Part shown: positions 42,129 through 51,546 of the stretch, in pieces | Layout of the letters: each line of letters starts with the position of its first letter | Numbering within the stretch: the stretch's first letter is position 1 | NCBI GenBank assembly: GCA_963700985.1 | Contig: OY969554.1 | Coordinates: forward strand, 2,003,303 to 2,067,302 | From: an uncultured Chlamydiales bacterium | GTDB lineage: Bacteria > Chlamydiota > Chlamydiia > Chlamydiales > Rhabdochlamydiaceae | Reading direction: 5' to 3' | Length of the DNA stretch: 64,000 bases | Made by a program: the position numbers and the translations under genes | The notes under the pieces: generated by a model | Database searches by the model: none | Seen by the model: the letters and a program-made list of their open reading frames with translations, nothing else | What the model was told of the DNA's origin: nothing

Positions 42129-43493
42129 ATGATGAAGAAAGAGACCTATCATTTCATTGGTATTGGCGGAATTGGGATGAGCGCACTTGCGCGTATTCTT
42201 TTACAACGCGGTTATCGTGTTTCGGGAAGTGATCAAAATGCCTCTCCAATTGTAGAAAATTTAAAAAACGAGGGAGCGGAGATTTTTCTCGGCCATCAAG
42301 CAAGCAATATCACTCAGCCAGCCGTTGTAATCTGCAGCACAGCTGTCGTAAAAGATAATCCTGAATATCAAGCAGCTCAAAAACAGGGTTACCCGATTTG
42401 GCACCGCTCTGACATGCTGCATAAGCTCATGGAAGAATCCTTACCACTTCTTGTAGCTGGTACACATGGCAAGACAACCACTTCTTCAATTCTGGCGCAT
42501 GTTCTGATGCAAAGCGGCCTTGCCCCCTCTTTTGCAATCGGTGGTATCGTCAGCAGTCTAGGAACCAATGGTCAAAACGGTAAAGGCGCACATTTTGTAG
42601 CTGAAGCAGATGAGAGTGACGGCACCTTTTTAAAATACCGCGGGTTTGGCGGAATTATCACCAATATCGATAATGATCACTTAGAATATTGGGAAACCGA
42701 TGAGAAGTTAGAAGAGGGTTTTTGCCAATTTGCCACCCAGATCAATTCGCTTGAACATCTCTTCGTCTGCATCGACGATGAACGCATTGCACGCTTAAAA
42801 CTTCCCGGCATCAAATATGGTTTTGATGAGTCGGCCGATTTGTGCGCACTCAACTTTAGACAAGATGGATGGAAGACGTTATTTGACATTGCCTTTGAAG
42901 GAAAAAAATATACGGATATTGAACTTCCTCTAATCGGCGGACATAACGTATTAAACGCTTCTGCCGTCTTTGGCTTATGCTTGCGTTTGGATCTCCCAGA
43001 ATCATCAATCCGTGCTGCATTCACGAGCTTTCAAGGTGTAGGTAGAAGAGCCGAGAAAAAAGGAGAGTTGGGTCAGATTGCCATCTATGATGACTATGCG
43101 CATCACCCCACAGAGATTTTTGCCACCCTCCGCGCGATGAAAAGTGCGGTGGGAAAGAGGCGCCTTGTGGTTGCTTTTCAACCGCATCGTTACACGCGCA
43201 CTAAAGATTGTATGGATCTCTTTGCCGAAGTGTTCGATATCGCAGATGAGCTCGTGCTGACAGATATCTATTCAGCCGGTGAGACACCCATCGCCGGTGT
43301 CACCACGCAAGCTCTATTCGATAAGATTAGCGCCAGAAGTGCGATTTCGCTCCACTATTTTTCACGCTCTAAACTTTTAGATGGATTGCAGAGTTTGCTT
43401 CGAGAAGGCGATGTGCTGCTCACCATGGGAGCGGGGGATATCACAAAGATTGGCCCTGAGCTTCTGCAAAAGCATTCTACTATACATGCGTAA
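42129..43493 (+). CDS. murC: UDP-MurNAc:L-Ala ligase (stand-alone, no Ddl fusion)
   Basis: GIGGIGMS, GTHGKTTT, EADESD, DDYAHHPTE, FQPHRYTR, GAGDI, then stop. Confidence 0.96.
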   Translation: MMKKETYHFIGIGGIGMSALARILLQRGYRVSGSDQNASPIVENLKNEGAEIFLGHQASNITQPAVVICSTAVVKDNPEYQAAQKQGYPIWHRSDMLHKLMEESLPLLVAGTHGKTTTSSILAHVLMQSGLAPSFAIGGIVSSLGTNGQNGKGAHFVAEADESDGTFLKYRGFGGIITNIDNDHLEYWETDEKLEEGFCQFATQINSLEHLFVCIDDERIARLKLPGIKYGFDESADLCALNFRQDGWKTLFDIAFEGKKYTDIELPLIGGHNVLNASAVFGLCLRLDLPESSIRAAFTSFQGVGRRAEKKGELGQIAIYDDYAHHPTEIFATLRAMKSAVGKRRLVVAFQPHRYTRTKDCMDLFAEVFDIADELVLTDIYSAGETPIAGVTTQALFDKISARSAISLHYFSRSKLLDGLQSLLREGDVLLTMGAGDITKIGPELLQKHSTIHA

Positions 43494-44307
43494 ACAAGTT
43501 CCGCTTTCCAAAGCCCTTATTATTCTTGCGCTGGTGACGACGCTCGTCTCAGGTGGCGGTTATCTTGGAATTAGGAAAGTATTCAATGCAAAGCCAAATG
43601 CGCGCATAAAGCTGACCACGATCGTGCAGACTGGCCCGCAAAAAGAAGCTTTAAAAACGGCTTATTTAGCAGAACTTTTAAACCTTTCGCAAGATCTCCC
43701 GCTTTCCGTAGCGCATTTTGATCTTAAGTTAGCTAAAGAAAAGCTGCTTAATTCGCCTGTAATTAAAGATGCGGTAGTCAAAATTCTTCCGCCACAAGCC
43801 TTATATGTTACCTATGTGGTAAGACAACCTCTAGCGGCACTTTATGATGTCCAAAATGGAGCTTTGGATGAAGAAGGATATCTCTTTCCACTTTCGCCCT
43901 TTTTTGCGCCAAAAACTCTGCCATTTATCTATCTCGGCTTACCTGCTAATTCCACACTGACATGGAATCACAAGCTCGAAGTTGTTTCCCTTCCGCTGGC
44001 TCTCGAACTGCTGCGCCTGCTTTCAACTGCGCCTTATCGTGATCTCTTCTCAGTGTTGCAAGTCGATGTTTCGCATGCAACTCTAGAAAGCTATGGCACC
44101 CGTGAGATTGTGCTGCTGATTGAAGAGCCCTATACTCTGGAAAAGAAAAAGAAGATCTATCTTAGGATGACACCGAAGAACTACGCCCAAGAATTGGGAA
44201 ATTATCTCGAACTACGTCCTAAATTCTTAAATGCGTCGGATAAAGGCTTGCCTGCCGTCATTGATCTGCGCATTCCTCAACTCGCCTTTATCGAAGAACT
44301 GAAGTAA
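43486..44307 (+). CDS. ftsQ: FtsQ/DivIB-like cell division protein
   Basis: Single N-terminal TM, POTRA-like segment (LLNSPVIKDAVVK..PP..L), C-terminal IDLR; position at end of dcw cluster. Confidence 0.72.
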   Translation: MRKQVPLSKALIILALVTTLVSGGGYLGIRKVFNAKPNARIKLTTIVQTGPQKEALKTAYLAELLNLSQDLPLSVAHFDLKLAKEKLLNSPVIKDAVVKILPPQALYVTYVVRQPLAALYDVQNGALDEEGYLFPLSPFFAPKTLPFIYLGLPANSTLTWNHKLEVVSLPLALELLRLLSTAPYRDLFSVLQVDVSHATLESYGTREIVLLIEEPYTLEKKKKIYLRMTPKNYAQELGNYLELRPKFLNASDKGLPAVIDLRIPQLAFIEELK

Positions 44308-44337
44308 TTCCATTTGCCCGAGTCTTGGAAAAACAAT

Positions 44338-44424
44338 TAACAGGATATGAAGGATAGGAGGAAAATATCTTGCGTATCATGCCGGCGCTTTGCGCCGATC
44401 CTGCATATCCTGTAAATGATTTAC
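44338..44424. repeat. Repeat family A copy
   Basis: taacaggatatgaaggat...ggcgctttgcgcc gatcctgcatatcctgtaaatgatttac. Confidence 0.82.
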
Positions 44425-44475
44425 CAAAAGAGCTTGATTTTAGGGATGCGCACGGAGTTCGAAGATAAAGAAATC

Positions 44476-44508
44476 AAAAAAAACTCCTCTTGAAGAAGAG
44501 GAGTTTTT
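44476..44508. terminator. Bidirectional intrinsic terminator
   Basis: A8-ctcctctt-gaag-aagaggag-T5 between convergent genes. Confidence 0.8.
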
Positions 44509-44524
44509 GCTTTTTGCTCAGTGA

Positions 44525-45103
44525 TTAACGCTCAGGAGAAGATGTCTCTGAAGAAGTTCTATCAGGGCTTTCAAAAGAAAGACGGCCTGAAGCGCTATCA
44601 TGTGCAGGTGATCCTAAGGGATGACCATCTTCCACTGCTGTTCGATTTTGTTCAGGAGAAGCCATGGCTGATGGGCCACGAGAATCCGCATGTTTCTGCA
44701 TGAGCTCTTTACGCTTGGTCTCATGATGTAGAACTTGTTCAGTAAGATGGAAAGTGAACGCCTCCATGTTCATGCAGATATGGTGAACAACTAGATAAGA
44801 AAAAGCCAGCAACGGCACGCTAATTAGGACTGCTGCGAGGAGTGAAGGAAGAATTTGAGAGATGCCAAAAATAGTAAAGACTACTGTGACTACAATCGCA
44901 ATCAAGGGCTGCTCCATCACAAAATGCCCGATAGCGCTTTGAGCTGCTGTCCAATATTTTTCCAGTCCGCAACAGCCACCACCTTCTTCTACAGCTGCTT
45001 GTTGCATGTCTTCCGGAATGTGAAATGATACATTTATACCCGCTGCTTCTGCGTGTGAAGCTGCACGTGAATGATGAGGGCTACCCGCTACGTTTGCTGC
45101 CAT
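44525..45103 (-). CDS. Inc-like protein (bilobed hydrophobic domain), array member 4
   Basis: HFVMEQPLIA followed by ~45 aa hydrophobic hairpin; Ser/Pro-rich tail; GGAGG RBS before ATG 45103. Confidence 0.75.
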   Translation of the reverse strand: MAANVAGSPHHSRAASHAEAAGINVSFHIPEDMQQAAVEEGGGCCGLEKYWTAAQSAIGHFVMEQPLIAIVVTVVFTIFGISQILPSLLAAVLISVPLLAFSYLVVHHICMNMEAFTFHLTEQVLHHETKRKELMQKHADSRGPSAMASPEQNRTAVEDGHPLGSPAHDSASGRLSFESPDRTSSETSSPER

Positions 45104-45165
45104 ACAATTCCTCCCTGGAGTTGATTTTCGCAAAGACGTTAACAAAAATTAGAGAAAGAGCAAAC

Positions 45166-45201
45166 AAAAAACCCAAAGCCGGATTGCCGGCTTTGGGTTT
45201 T
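45166..45201 (-). terminator. Intrinsic terminator
   Basis: aaaaaacccaaagccgg-attg-ccggctttgggtttt. Confidence 0.82.
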
Positions 45202-45224
45202 AATTTTGAGAATAGTTGCTGAAA

Positions 45225-45608
45225 TTATTCGTGATAAGCAGATTCCGTTTCTGGGCTTTGAGCTTGAGAGCTGAACTCTGCTTGTTGCAATCCACGCTCG
45301 AGCGTTTTAGCTGCCAGTTTACTTTTAACTGAGCCGGTAAACTCATCAAAGTTTTGGAAGATCGTCTGTCCAACTATGAATGTGAAAGCAGTCAATGGAA
45401 CGCCAATTAAGATCGTGGATAAGAGGGCGGGGACGATTTGTGTAAGACCAAAAATCACAAAGGCGATGGTCATTACAACCGCAATGAGAGGTTGCTCGAT
45501 GACAAAATGTTCAACGTGTTTTTGAGCGTACTCCCAATAGGTGCTTAGGTGGTCTAAACAGCCTTGATTTTGAGGCGTTGTAACTTGTGTTTGCGCTAGT
45601 GCTGCCAT
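45225..45608 (-). CDS. Inc-like protein, array member 3
   Basis: HFVIEQPLIA plus bilobed hydrophobic domain; AAGGAG RBS; TATAAT at 45648-45653. Confidence 0.78.
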   Translation of the reverse strand: MAALAQTQVTTPQNQGCLDHLSTYWEYAQKHVEHFVIEQPLIAVVMTIAFVIFGLTQIVPALLSTILIGVPLTAFTFIVGQTIFQNFDEFTGSVKSKLAAKTLERGLQQAEFSSQAQSPETESAYHE

Positions 45609-45702
45609 AATATTCTCCTTAAATAATTGTTAATTAACTCGGGTAATATTATAGCAGTTAATTGTGAATTTAGTTATTAATTTGATTTTTTTAATAAAAT
45701 CA

Positions 45703-45990
45703 CTATTTGCGGAATTCAGCTACGAGTTTTTGAGAAAACTGGTCATAGTTATGATAGATCGTTTGAGCCACGATGTAGGTAGGTATACCAACAAGGGCAA
45801 CCACCAGAATTGTGGGTAGGATCTGTGAAATACAATAAATCGAGAAAAAAATCGTTCCGACCAGAGCCACTACTGGATGATTCATAACAAATTTTTCAAT
45901 AGCCTTCTTGGCATCGCCCAAGCCCTGGCTTGCTCTATCTAAACAACCTGGCTCTGCTGCTTCTCTTACTTCTGTGATGGGTGCTGACAT
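45703..45990 (-). CDS. Inc-like protein, array member 2
   Basis: KFVMNHPVVA plus hydrophobic hairpin, QTIYHNYDQF. Confidence 0.75.
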   Translation of the reverse strand: MSAPITEVREAAEPGCLDRASQGLGDAKKAIEKFVMNHPVVALVGTIFFSIYCISQILPTILVVALVGIPTYIVAQTIYHNYDQFSQKLVAEFRK

Positions 45991-46014
45991 AAAATTTTCC
46001 TAATTTAAAATTTT

Positions 46015-46050
46015 AAAAAAACCCAAAAAGGCTTTGGCAATTTTGGGTTT
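46015..46050 (-). terminator. Intrinsic terminator-like hairpin
   Basis: aaaaaaacccaaaa...ttttgggttt, resembles 45166-45201. Confidence 0.6.
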
Positions 46051-46070
46051 AGAAAGGTGTCTACAAATTA

Positions 46071-46427
46071 TTATTCGTCACATTTACATTGAGCCACGAG
46101 ATTTTGGTAAAACTGATCTTCATTTTGGCAGATCGCTTCAACATTTGCGTATACGAACATAGCTAAAGGCACTGTAATAACGAGAGAAAGAATCAGAGGA
46201 AGGGCTATCGTGAAGGCAAAAATTGCGCTCACAGCTGCAAGGACGAGAGCCACAGTTGCAAGAGGCTCTTTTTCCACAAATTCTTGGATATCTTCTCTTG
46301 CTTTAACCAAAAACTCTTTAGCGTCGTCCAAGCTTTGAGCGGCGAATGATTTAACGCAGTCAAAAGTTTGACCTACGCACAAATCAGTTCGGTATAAACA
46401 TCCATCTGTACTTAGTGATACTGACAT
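46071..46427 (-). CDS. Inc-like protein, array member 1
   Basis: EFVEKEPLA plus hydrophobic hairpin, AICQNEDQF; AAGGAGG RBS; TATAAT at 46470-46475. Confidence 0.75.
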   Translation of the reverse strand: MSVSLSTDGCLYRTDLCVGQTFDCVKSFAAQSLDDAKEFLVKAREDIQEFVEKEPLATVALVLAAVSAIFAFTIALPLILSLVITVPLAMFVYANVEAICQNEDQFYQNLVAQCKCDE

Positions 46428-46669
46428 AAAATTCCTCCTTTGGAATTAATTTTGATTAACAATGTAAATATTATAATATTATTAGAATAAACATTAAATA
46501 ATAATCTGAATTAGATTGTTATTATTATCAAATTAGATAATTTTAAAAAATTAACTAATAATAAAAATAGTCGAAATTTGTAAAGTATTTATTTTACTTC
46601 GCGAGATAGGGAATGTTGTGCTGATATAAACAGAGTGGACTAAACGGACTTCGGGGTTTTTTCAGACGT

Positions 46670-47203
46670 TTAAAGAGTAGAAGAAGTGGCTGCGAGTAGC
46701 CTGGATTCACTAACTTTAAGCTGTTCCATGGCGTCTTCTGCAAGTGCTTTATATGCCTTGGCCGCAAAAATTGCAATGTTTGCAGTTGTGTTTAGCAGAT
46801 TTATTTGTGTGAAAAGCTCCTTTAAAGAACCTATCGTCTCTTCTCTTTCTTTTTTAATAGATGTTTGAAGAGCCTTAAAAGCGGCAAGTGCTGCATCTTT
46901 TTCGTTTTCAACACGTATGAATCTTTCCCTTAAAAGCTGAATTTCCTCCTGCTCCTGGGTTTTAACTTTTTTTTGTGTTTGCGTCTCCTTTCTTTTCGCA
47001 ACGTCGGAGTCATTAGGTTTGCTGGTAGAGGGTAAAAGCAGATGTAGATGCGATAGTAAAAAATCTGTGGTTTTAAGATCTTCGTTTTGCTGTTCGGGGG
47101 AAAGAGGGGGAAGTGCAAGTATTGCATTTTCTGGATACGAGACTGAGTCACGGAAAGGAGAAGGTAAGGTTTTAATTGGAGGTGGAGAAGTATTAGAAGC
47201 CAT
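46670..47203 (-). CDS. Hypothetical coiled-coil protein (effector-like)
   Basis: S/T/P-rich N-terminus, long heptad-like C-terminal half. Confidence 0.6.
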   Translation of the reverse strand: MASNTSPPPIKTLPSPFRDSVSYPENAILALPPLSPEQQNEDLKTTDFLLSHLHLLLPSTSKPNDSDVAKRKETQTQKKVKTQEQEEIQLLRERFIRVENEKDAALAAFKALQTSIKKEREETIGSLKELFTQINLLNTTANIAIFAAKAYKALAEDAMEQLKVSESRLLAATSSTL

Positions 47204-47357
47204 AAATTCACCAGTTAAGCTGTTTAAAATTCCCTAAGAACAGAGGATGGCCTCATTTAGCTTATATTAACAGAACAGAATTTAGTTAATGAAGTGGTCT
47301 CTTTTGGTGTGGACCGTTGGGCTTATTGATTCTAATCTTTCCGCAGAGTAGACTTTA

Positions 47358-47453
47358 GAGGGTATCTACAAACTAGGTCTTCGATATTTGGAAGCTTCTC
47401 GTGATATTTTTCCTTCCTTAAATCTCTAAGAGACCTAGTTTGTAGACCCCCTC
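47358..47453. mobile_element. MITE family C (TIR GAGGGTRTCTACAAA), internally deleted copy
   Basis: ~23-bp imperfect TIRs flanked by TTA/TAA; both ends match 59320-59481 in reverse orientation. Confidence 0.85.
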
Positions 47454-47489
47454 TAAGCAGTATAAATATTTCGTAATCGAAGGAAGCAG

Positions 47490-47720
47490 ATGAAAGAGTT
47501 TATTGCGTATCTGATTAAAAACCTGGTGGATAAGCCGGAAGCTGTAGATGTCAAAGTTCTCGATAATCAAGAAGGCACGATCGTTGAGATCCGTGTAGCA
47601 CCAGAGGATGTAGCGAAGGTAGTGGGTCGTCAGGGAAGAACAATCAAGTCCTTAAGGACGATTGCCATGACTGTAGGTGCGCGCTTCGGCCGACGTGTGC
47701 GTCTGGATGTGCTAGATTAA
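47490..47720 (+). CDS. KH-domain RNA-binding protein (KhpA/YlqC family)
   Basis: LVDKPEAV, DVAKVVGRQGRTIKSLRT. Confidence 0.92.
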   Translation: MKEFIAYLIKNLVDKPEAVDVKVLDNQEGTIVEIRVAPEDVAKVVGRQGRTIKSLRTIAMTVGARFGRRVRLDVLD

Positions 47721-47785
47721 TTAAGTACGGTGAAAATGCCATTTTTTGTTAGAGTCAAATTTTGATTTAACTCGTGTGGCGTCAT

Positions 47786-48130
47786 ATGGCTTTAGGTCTC
47801 AATGTCAAAATTGAAGAGCAAAAGAACCGCAAACTTGTTCGGCTAGAAGGTCGGTTGGATGCAACTACCACGCCGGCGCTCGAAGTAAAGATTTCGAAGG
47901 TTCTAGAGGAAAATAAGCAGTTTATGCTGATCGATTTTTCCAAAGTAGATTACTTGAGTAGTGCTGGAATGAGGCTTCTTTTATCTGCTACGAAAAAGAT
48001 CAAAGCACATGGCGGAAAGCTTGTTTTCTGCGCGATGAGTGACGAAGTAATGGAAATAATCAAAATGGCAGGATTTGAGCGCATCTTAGCGATCTATCCA
48101 ACAGAGGAAGAAGCTCTCAAAGCTATTTAG
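47786..48130 (+). CDS. rsbV: Anti-sigma-factor antagonist (STAS)
   Basis: GRLDA, VDYLSSAGMR, MAGF. Confidence 0.9.
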   Translation: MALGLNVKIEEQKNRKLVRLEGRLDATTTPALEVKISKVLEENKQFMLIDFSKVDYLSSAGMRLLLSATKKIKAHGGKLVFCAMSDEVMEIIKMAGFERILAIYPTEEEALKAI

Positions 48131-48167
48131 AAGCTGTGTCCACGAGCATTAAAGATCGGGGGAGAGC

Positions 48168-49193
48168 GTGAGCTCCGGTACGATTCTAGAAGAGTCCAAA
48201 ATCTTAATCTCCCCTTTTGATATTCCTCAAAAGCAGAAGATTCAATCGCCTATTCCAAAGAAAAAGGTCATCGTCATTTCCGGCCCCACTGGCGTGGGCA
48301 AAACCGATATTTCTTTGCGTATTGCTAAAGTTTCCGGTGGAGAGATTGTCTCTGCTGATTCTATGCAGGTATATCGCGGCATGGATATTGGAACAGCTAA
48401 AGCCAGTGAAGAAGAACGGCTGCATGTTCCACATCATCTGATTGATATTCGCGACCTTTCTCAAGCTTTTAACGTAAAGGATTTTTACGATGAGGCGATG
48501 GAGGCATTAAAAGGAATCATCATGCGTGGCCATGTGCCTGTTGTGGTGGGTGGCACCGGTTTTTATGTGAATGCTTTAATTTACGGCCCCCCAAGCGGTC
48601 CGCCTTCGGTGCCTGAACTCAGAACACGTCTTGAGCAGGAAATGGATGAGAAGGGGACGCTCGTGCTGTTTGATCGGTTGCGCAGTTTGGATCCGGAATA
48701 TGCCAGCAGCATTACACATCGCGATCGTCATAAGATTATCCGCGCACTCGAAATCATGACGTTGACCGATCAGAAGGTTTCGCAATTTGGAAAAAATGCT
48801 TCGGGTTCACACGAAAACTACGATTTTCGCTGCTGGTTTTTATATATCACTAAAGAGCTGCTTTATGAGCGTTTAGATCGCAGATGTGAAGAGATGGTTG
48901 CTAAAGGCTTTATCGAAGAGGTAAAACGGCTTAAAAAAGCGGGGCTAGAAGAAAATACCTCGGCATCCCAGGCTATCGGCTACCGTCAATGTCTCGAATA
49001 TCTGGCTACTCCTCAAACTAAGTCCGATCACGATCATTTCATGGACGCTTTCAAGCGCGCTACCCGTCGCTATGCCAAAAGACAGTTTACCTGGTTTAAG
49101 CGCGAGCCGCTTTTTCGTTGGCTGGATATGGATAGCATGACGAAAGATACTGCTATCGAGATGATCCTTCAAGACTATGAAGTCCATTCGTGA
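48168..49193 (+). CDS. miaA: tRNA dimethylallyltransferase
   Basis: GPTGVGKT, DSMQVYRGMDIGTAK, GGTGFY, AIGY, YAKRQFTW. Confidence 0.97.
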   Translation: MSSGTILEESKILISPFDIPQKQKIQSPIPKKKVIVISGPTGVGKTDISLRIAKVSGGEIVSADSMQVYRGMDIGTAKASEEERLHVPHHLIDIRDLSQAFNVKDFYDEAMEALKGIIMRGHVPVVVGGTGFYVNALIYGPPSGPPSVPELRTRLEQEMDEKGTLVLFDRLRSLDPEYASSITHRDRHKIIRALEIMTLTDQKVSQFGKNASGSHENYDFRCWFLYITKELLYERLDRRCEEMVAKGFIEEVKRLKKAGLEENTSASQAIGYRQCLEYLATPQTKSDHDHFMDAFKRATRRYAKRQFTWFKREPLFRWLDMDSMTKDTAIEMILQDYEVHS

Positions 49194-49210
49194 AGAGAGT
49201 ATTCTTTTAT

Positions 49211-49253
49211 TAAATCATTTATAGGATATGCAGGATCCGCCGCGCATCCTGTT
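49211..49253. repeat. Repeat family A, short copy (reverse orientation)
   Basis: taaatcatttataggatatgcaggat...atcctgtt. Confidence 0.72.
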
Positions 49254-49354
49254 GTTTTTCTAAGATGCCTGTGCAATCTTCAGAAATCTTTTGAAGATAT
49301 GGCATAAAACTAGAACTTCGGGATAGGGTAGAAAAAAGTGTCGCAAAAGAGGGG

Positions 49355-51544
49355 ATGCCTTCCATGAATGCTAGAGAAACCGCTTTGAGAGATGCTGCGA
49401 GCAGAAAACCACGCATCTCATTTACCGAAAAAAGACGTACGGTAGAAGAGTTTGGTCGGCTTACTTTTAATCGCGCGATCATGGAGAAGGTTTTACCGCG
49501 CAAAGTATTCACCAATTTTCTACAGACGCTGGAAGGTAAAGGCAAGATCAATCCTGAGTTTGCAGATACCATCGCTCTTGCGATGAAAGATTGGGCCATC
49601 AGTCTTGGCGCTACGCACTATTGTCACTGGTTTCAGCCACTAACAGGTTATGCAGCTGAGAAGCAAGACGCCTTTATCGAATGGAAAGGCGAAGATGCGC
49701 TTATCGAAAAATTCACCGGAAAAAATCTCCTGCGCGGCGAACCAGACGCCTCATCTTTTCCCTCGGGCAGAATGCGTAGTACTTTTGAAGCGCGTGGTTA
49801 TACAACCTGGGATCCATCATCTCTAGCATTTGTCTGGCAAGCCGGAGGCGCCACGATTCTTTGCATTCCTTCGATCTTCTTTTCGTGGACCGGAAAAGTT
49901 CTCGATACCAAGATTCCACTTTTACGTTCGGATGCAAAGATCAATCAAGCCGCCTTACGCTTGATTAACCATTTAGGTTTGGATGCGACACAAGTCTACT
50001 CAACTCTTGGGTGTGAACAAGAATATTTCCTCGTCGATCGCGCGCTCTTTTATCTGCGCCCTGATCTCGTGATGGGAGGTAGAACGGTTTTCGGAAGCGC
50101 ATCGCCTAAATCGCAGGAGCTCGAAGATCACTATTTTGGGATCTTAAAAGAGCGTGTGCTCGCCTACATGAAAGAGTTTGAAGAAGCGGCCTTTGCCCTG
50201 GGCATCCCCGTTAAAACGCGTCATAATGAAGTTGCGCCATCTCAGCATGAAACCGCTCCTATCTTCGAAAAAGCGTCCATTGCAATCGATCATAACGTTC
50301 TGCTTATGGAACTGATGAAGCAGATAGCGCTCAGACATGATTTGTCCTGCCTTTTGCATGAGAAACCATTTGCCGGTGTCAATGGTTCTGGAAAGCACAA
50401 TAACTGGTCGCTCTCAACTGATACGGGAATCAACTTGCTGGATCCTGATAGTGGACAAGAGCATAATTTGCTCTTTTTAATGATGGTGACAGCGACGTTG
50501 AATGCGGTGCATGAACATAGTGCGCTTTTGCGCGCTTCGATTGCTTCAGCTGGAAATGACCATCGATTAGGTGGACATGAAGCTCCACCGGTCATTATTT
50601 CCGTTTATCTTGGAGAGGCGCTTGAAAAATTACTCAACAACATCGAGAAAGATTTAGAGCATGAGCACGTGCATTCGATCTCTATGGATTTAGGTGTTCC
50701 TATGCTGCCAGAGCTTCCAAAAGATGAGACTGACCGCAATCGTACTTCGCCTTTTGCCTTTACTGGTAATAAGTTTGAGTTTCGTGCGGTTGGATCTACG
50801 GCTAACTGCGCTTTGCCTATTACAGTAATCAATGTGATTGTAGCCGATAGTCTGAACCGCATGATCGACGAAATAGAGAAGAAAGTTGGAAAGAAGAAGA
50901 TCGAGTCTCCAAAGGTGTTTAAAAGCGTGGCAATGCCTGTGATCCGTAAATATCTCAAAGCTTCTAAACCTATCCGTTTTACAGGCGATAACTATTCCGC
51001 TGAATGGGAGAAGCTTGCTAAACGACGTGGGTTACCGATCATTCGCAAATCTTATTATGCTTTTGCAACTTTTACCGATAAAGATGTGGTCAAAGTTTTT
51101 GAAGGTGTGTTGTCGCAACATGAGCTAAGAGCCCGCCGTGAAATTATGACAGAGCAATATAGCAAAGTCATGGACATCGAAGCTAAATTGATGGTGGAGA
51201 TGTTCCGCACACAGATTTTCCCTGCAGCACTTGCCTATCAAAAAATGTTCGCCTCAAGCATGCACAAGCTGATGAGCTGTGGCATCAAAGGCGTAGACGA
51301 GCAGCTCTCTCTTCTCAAAAAATTGGCGCGCGCGCTCAATGAATCGATCAAAAAAGTTGATCATCTCGAGGTTCGGCGCGATAAGGTTATGCAAATGCCC
51401 TGGGATAAGCGCGGACAGCAATTTTGCGATGAGATTGGCCCGCTTTGTGAGGGGCTACGCAAGCTTGTAGACGAGCTAGAAAGTCTCGTTGATGATAAGC
51501 TTTGGCCGCTTCCGAAATACCGCGAGCTACTCAATATAATTTAA
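49355..51544 (+). CDS. Glutamine synthetase type III
   Basis: HWFQPLTG, EPDASSFP, HNEVAP, HEKPFAGVNGSGKHNNWS, DRNRTSPFAFTGNKFEFR, WPLPKY; ~725 aa. Confidence 0.95.
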   Translation: MPSMNARETALRDAASRKPRISFTEKRRTVEEFGRLTFNRAIMEKVLPRKVFTNFLQTLEGKGKINPEFADTIALAMKDWAISLGATHYCHWFQPLTGYAAEKQDAFIEWKGEDALIEKFTGKNLLRGEPDASSFPSGRMRSTFEARGYTTWDPSSLAFVWQAGGATILCIPSIFFSWTGKVLDTKIPLLRSDAKINQAALRLINHLGLDATQVYSTLGCEQEYFLVDRALFYLRPDLVMGGRTVFGSASPKSQELEDHYFGILKERVLAYMKEFEEAAFALGIPVKTRHNEVAPSQHETAPIFEKASIAIDHNVLLMELMKQIALRHDLSCLLHEKPFAGVNGSGKHNNWSLSTDTGINLLDPDSGQEHNLLFLMMVTATLNAVHEHSALLRASIASAGNDHRLGGHEAPPVIISVYLGEALEKLLNNIEKDLEHEHVHSISMDLGVPMLPELPKDETDRNRTSPFAFTGNKFEFRAVGSTANCALPITVINVIVADSLNRMIDEIEKKVGKKKIESPKVFKSVAMPVIRKYLKASKPIRFTGDNYSAEWEKLAKRRGLPIIRKSYYAFATFTDKDVVKVFEGVLSQHELRARREIMTEQYSKVMDIEAKLMVEMFRTQIFPAALAYQKMFASSMHKLMSCGIKGVDEQLSLLKKLARALNESIKKVDHLEVRRDKVMQMPWDKRGQQFCDEIGPLCEGLRKLVDELESLVDDKLWPLPKYRELLNII

Positions 51545-51546
51545 GA

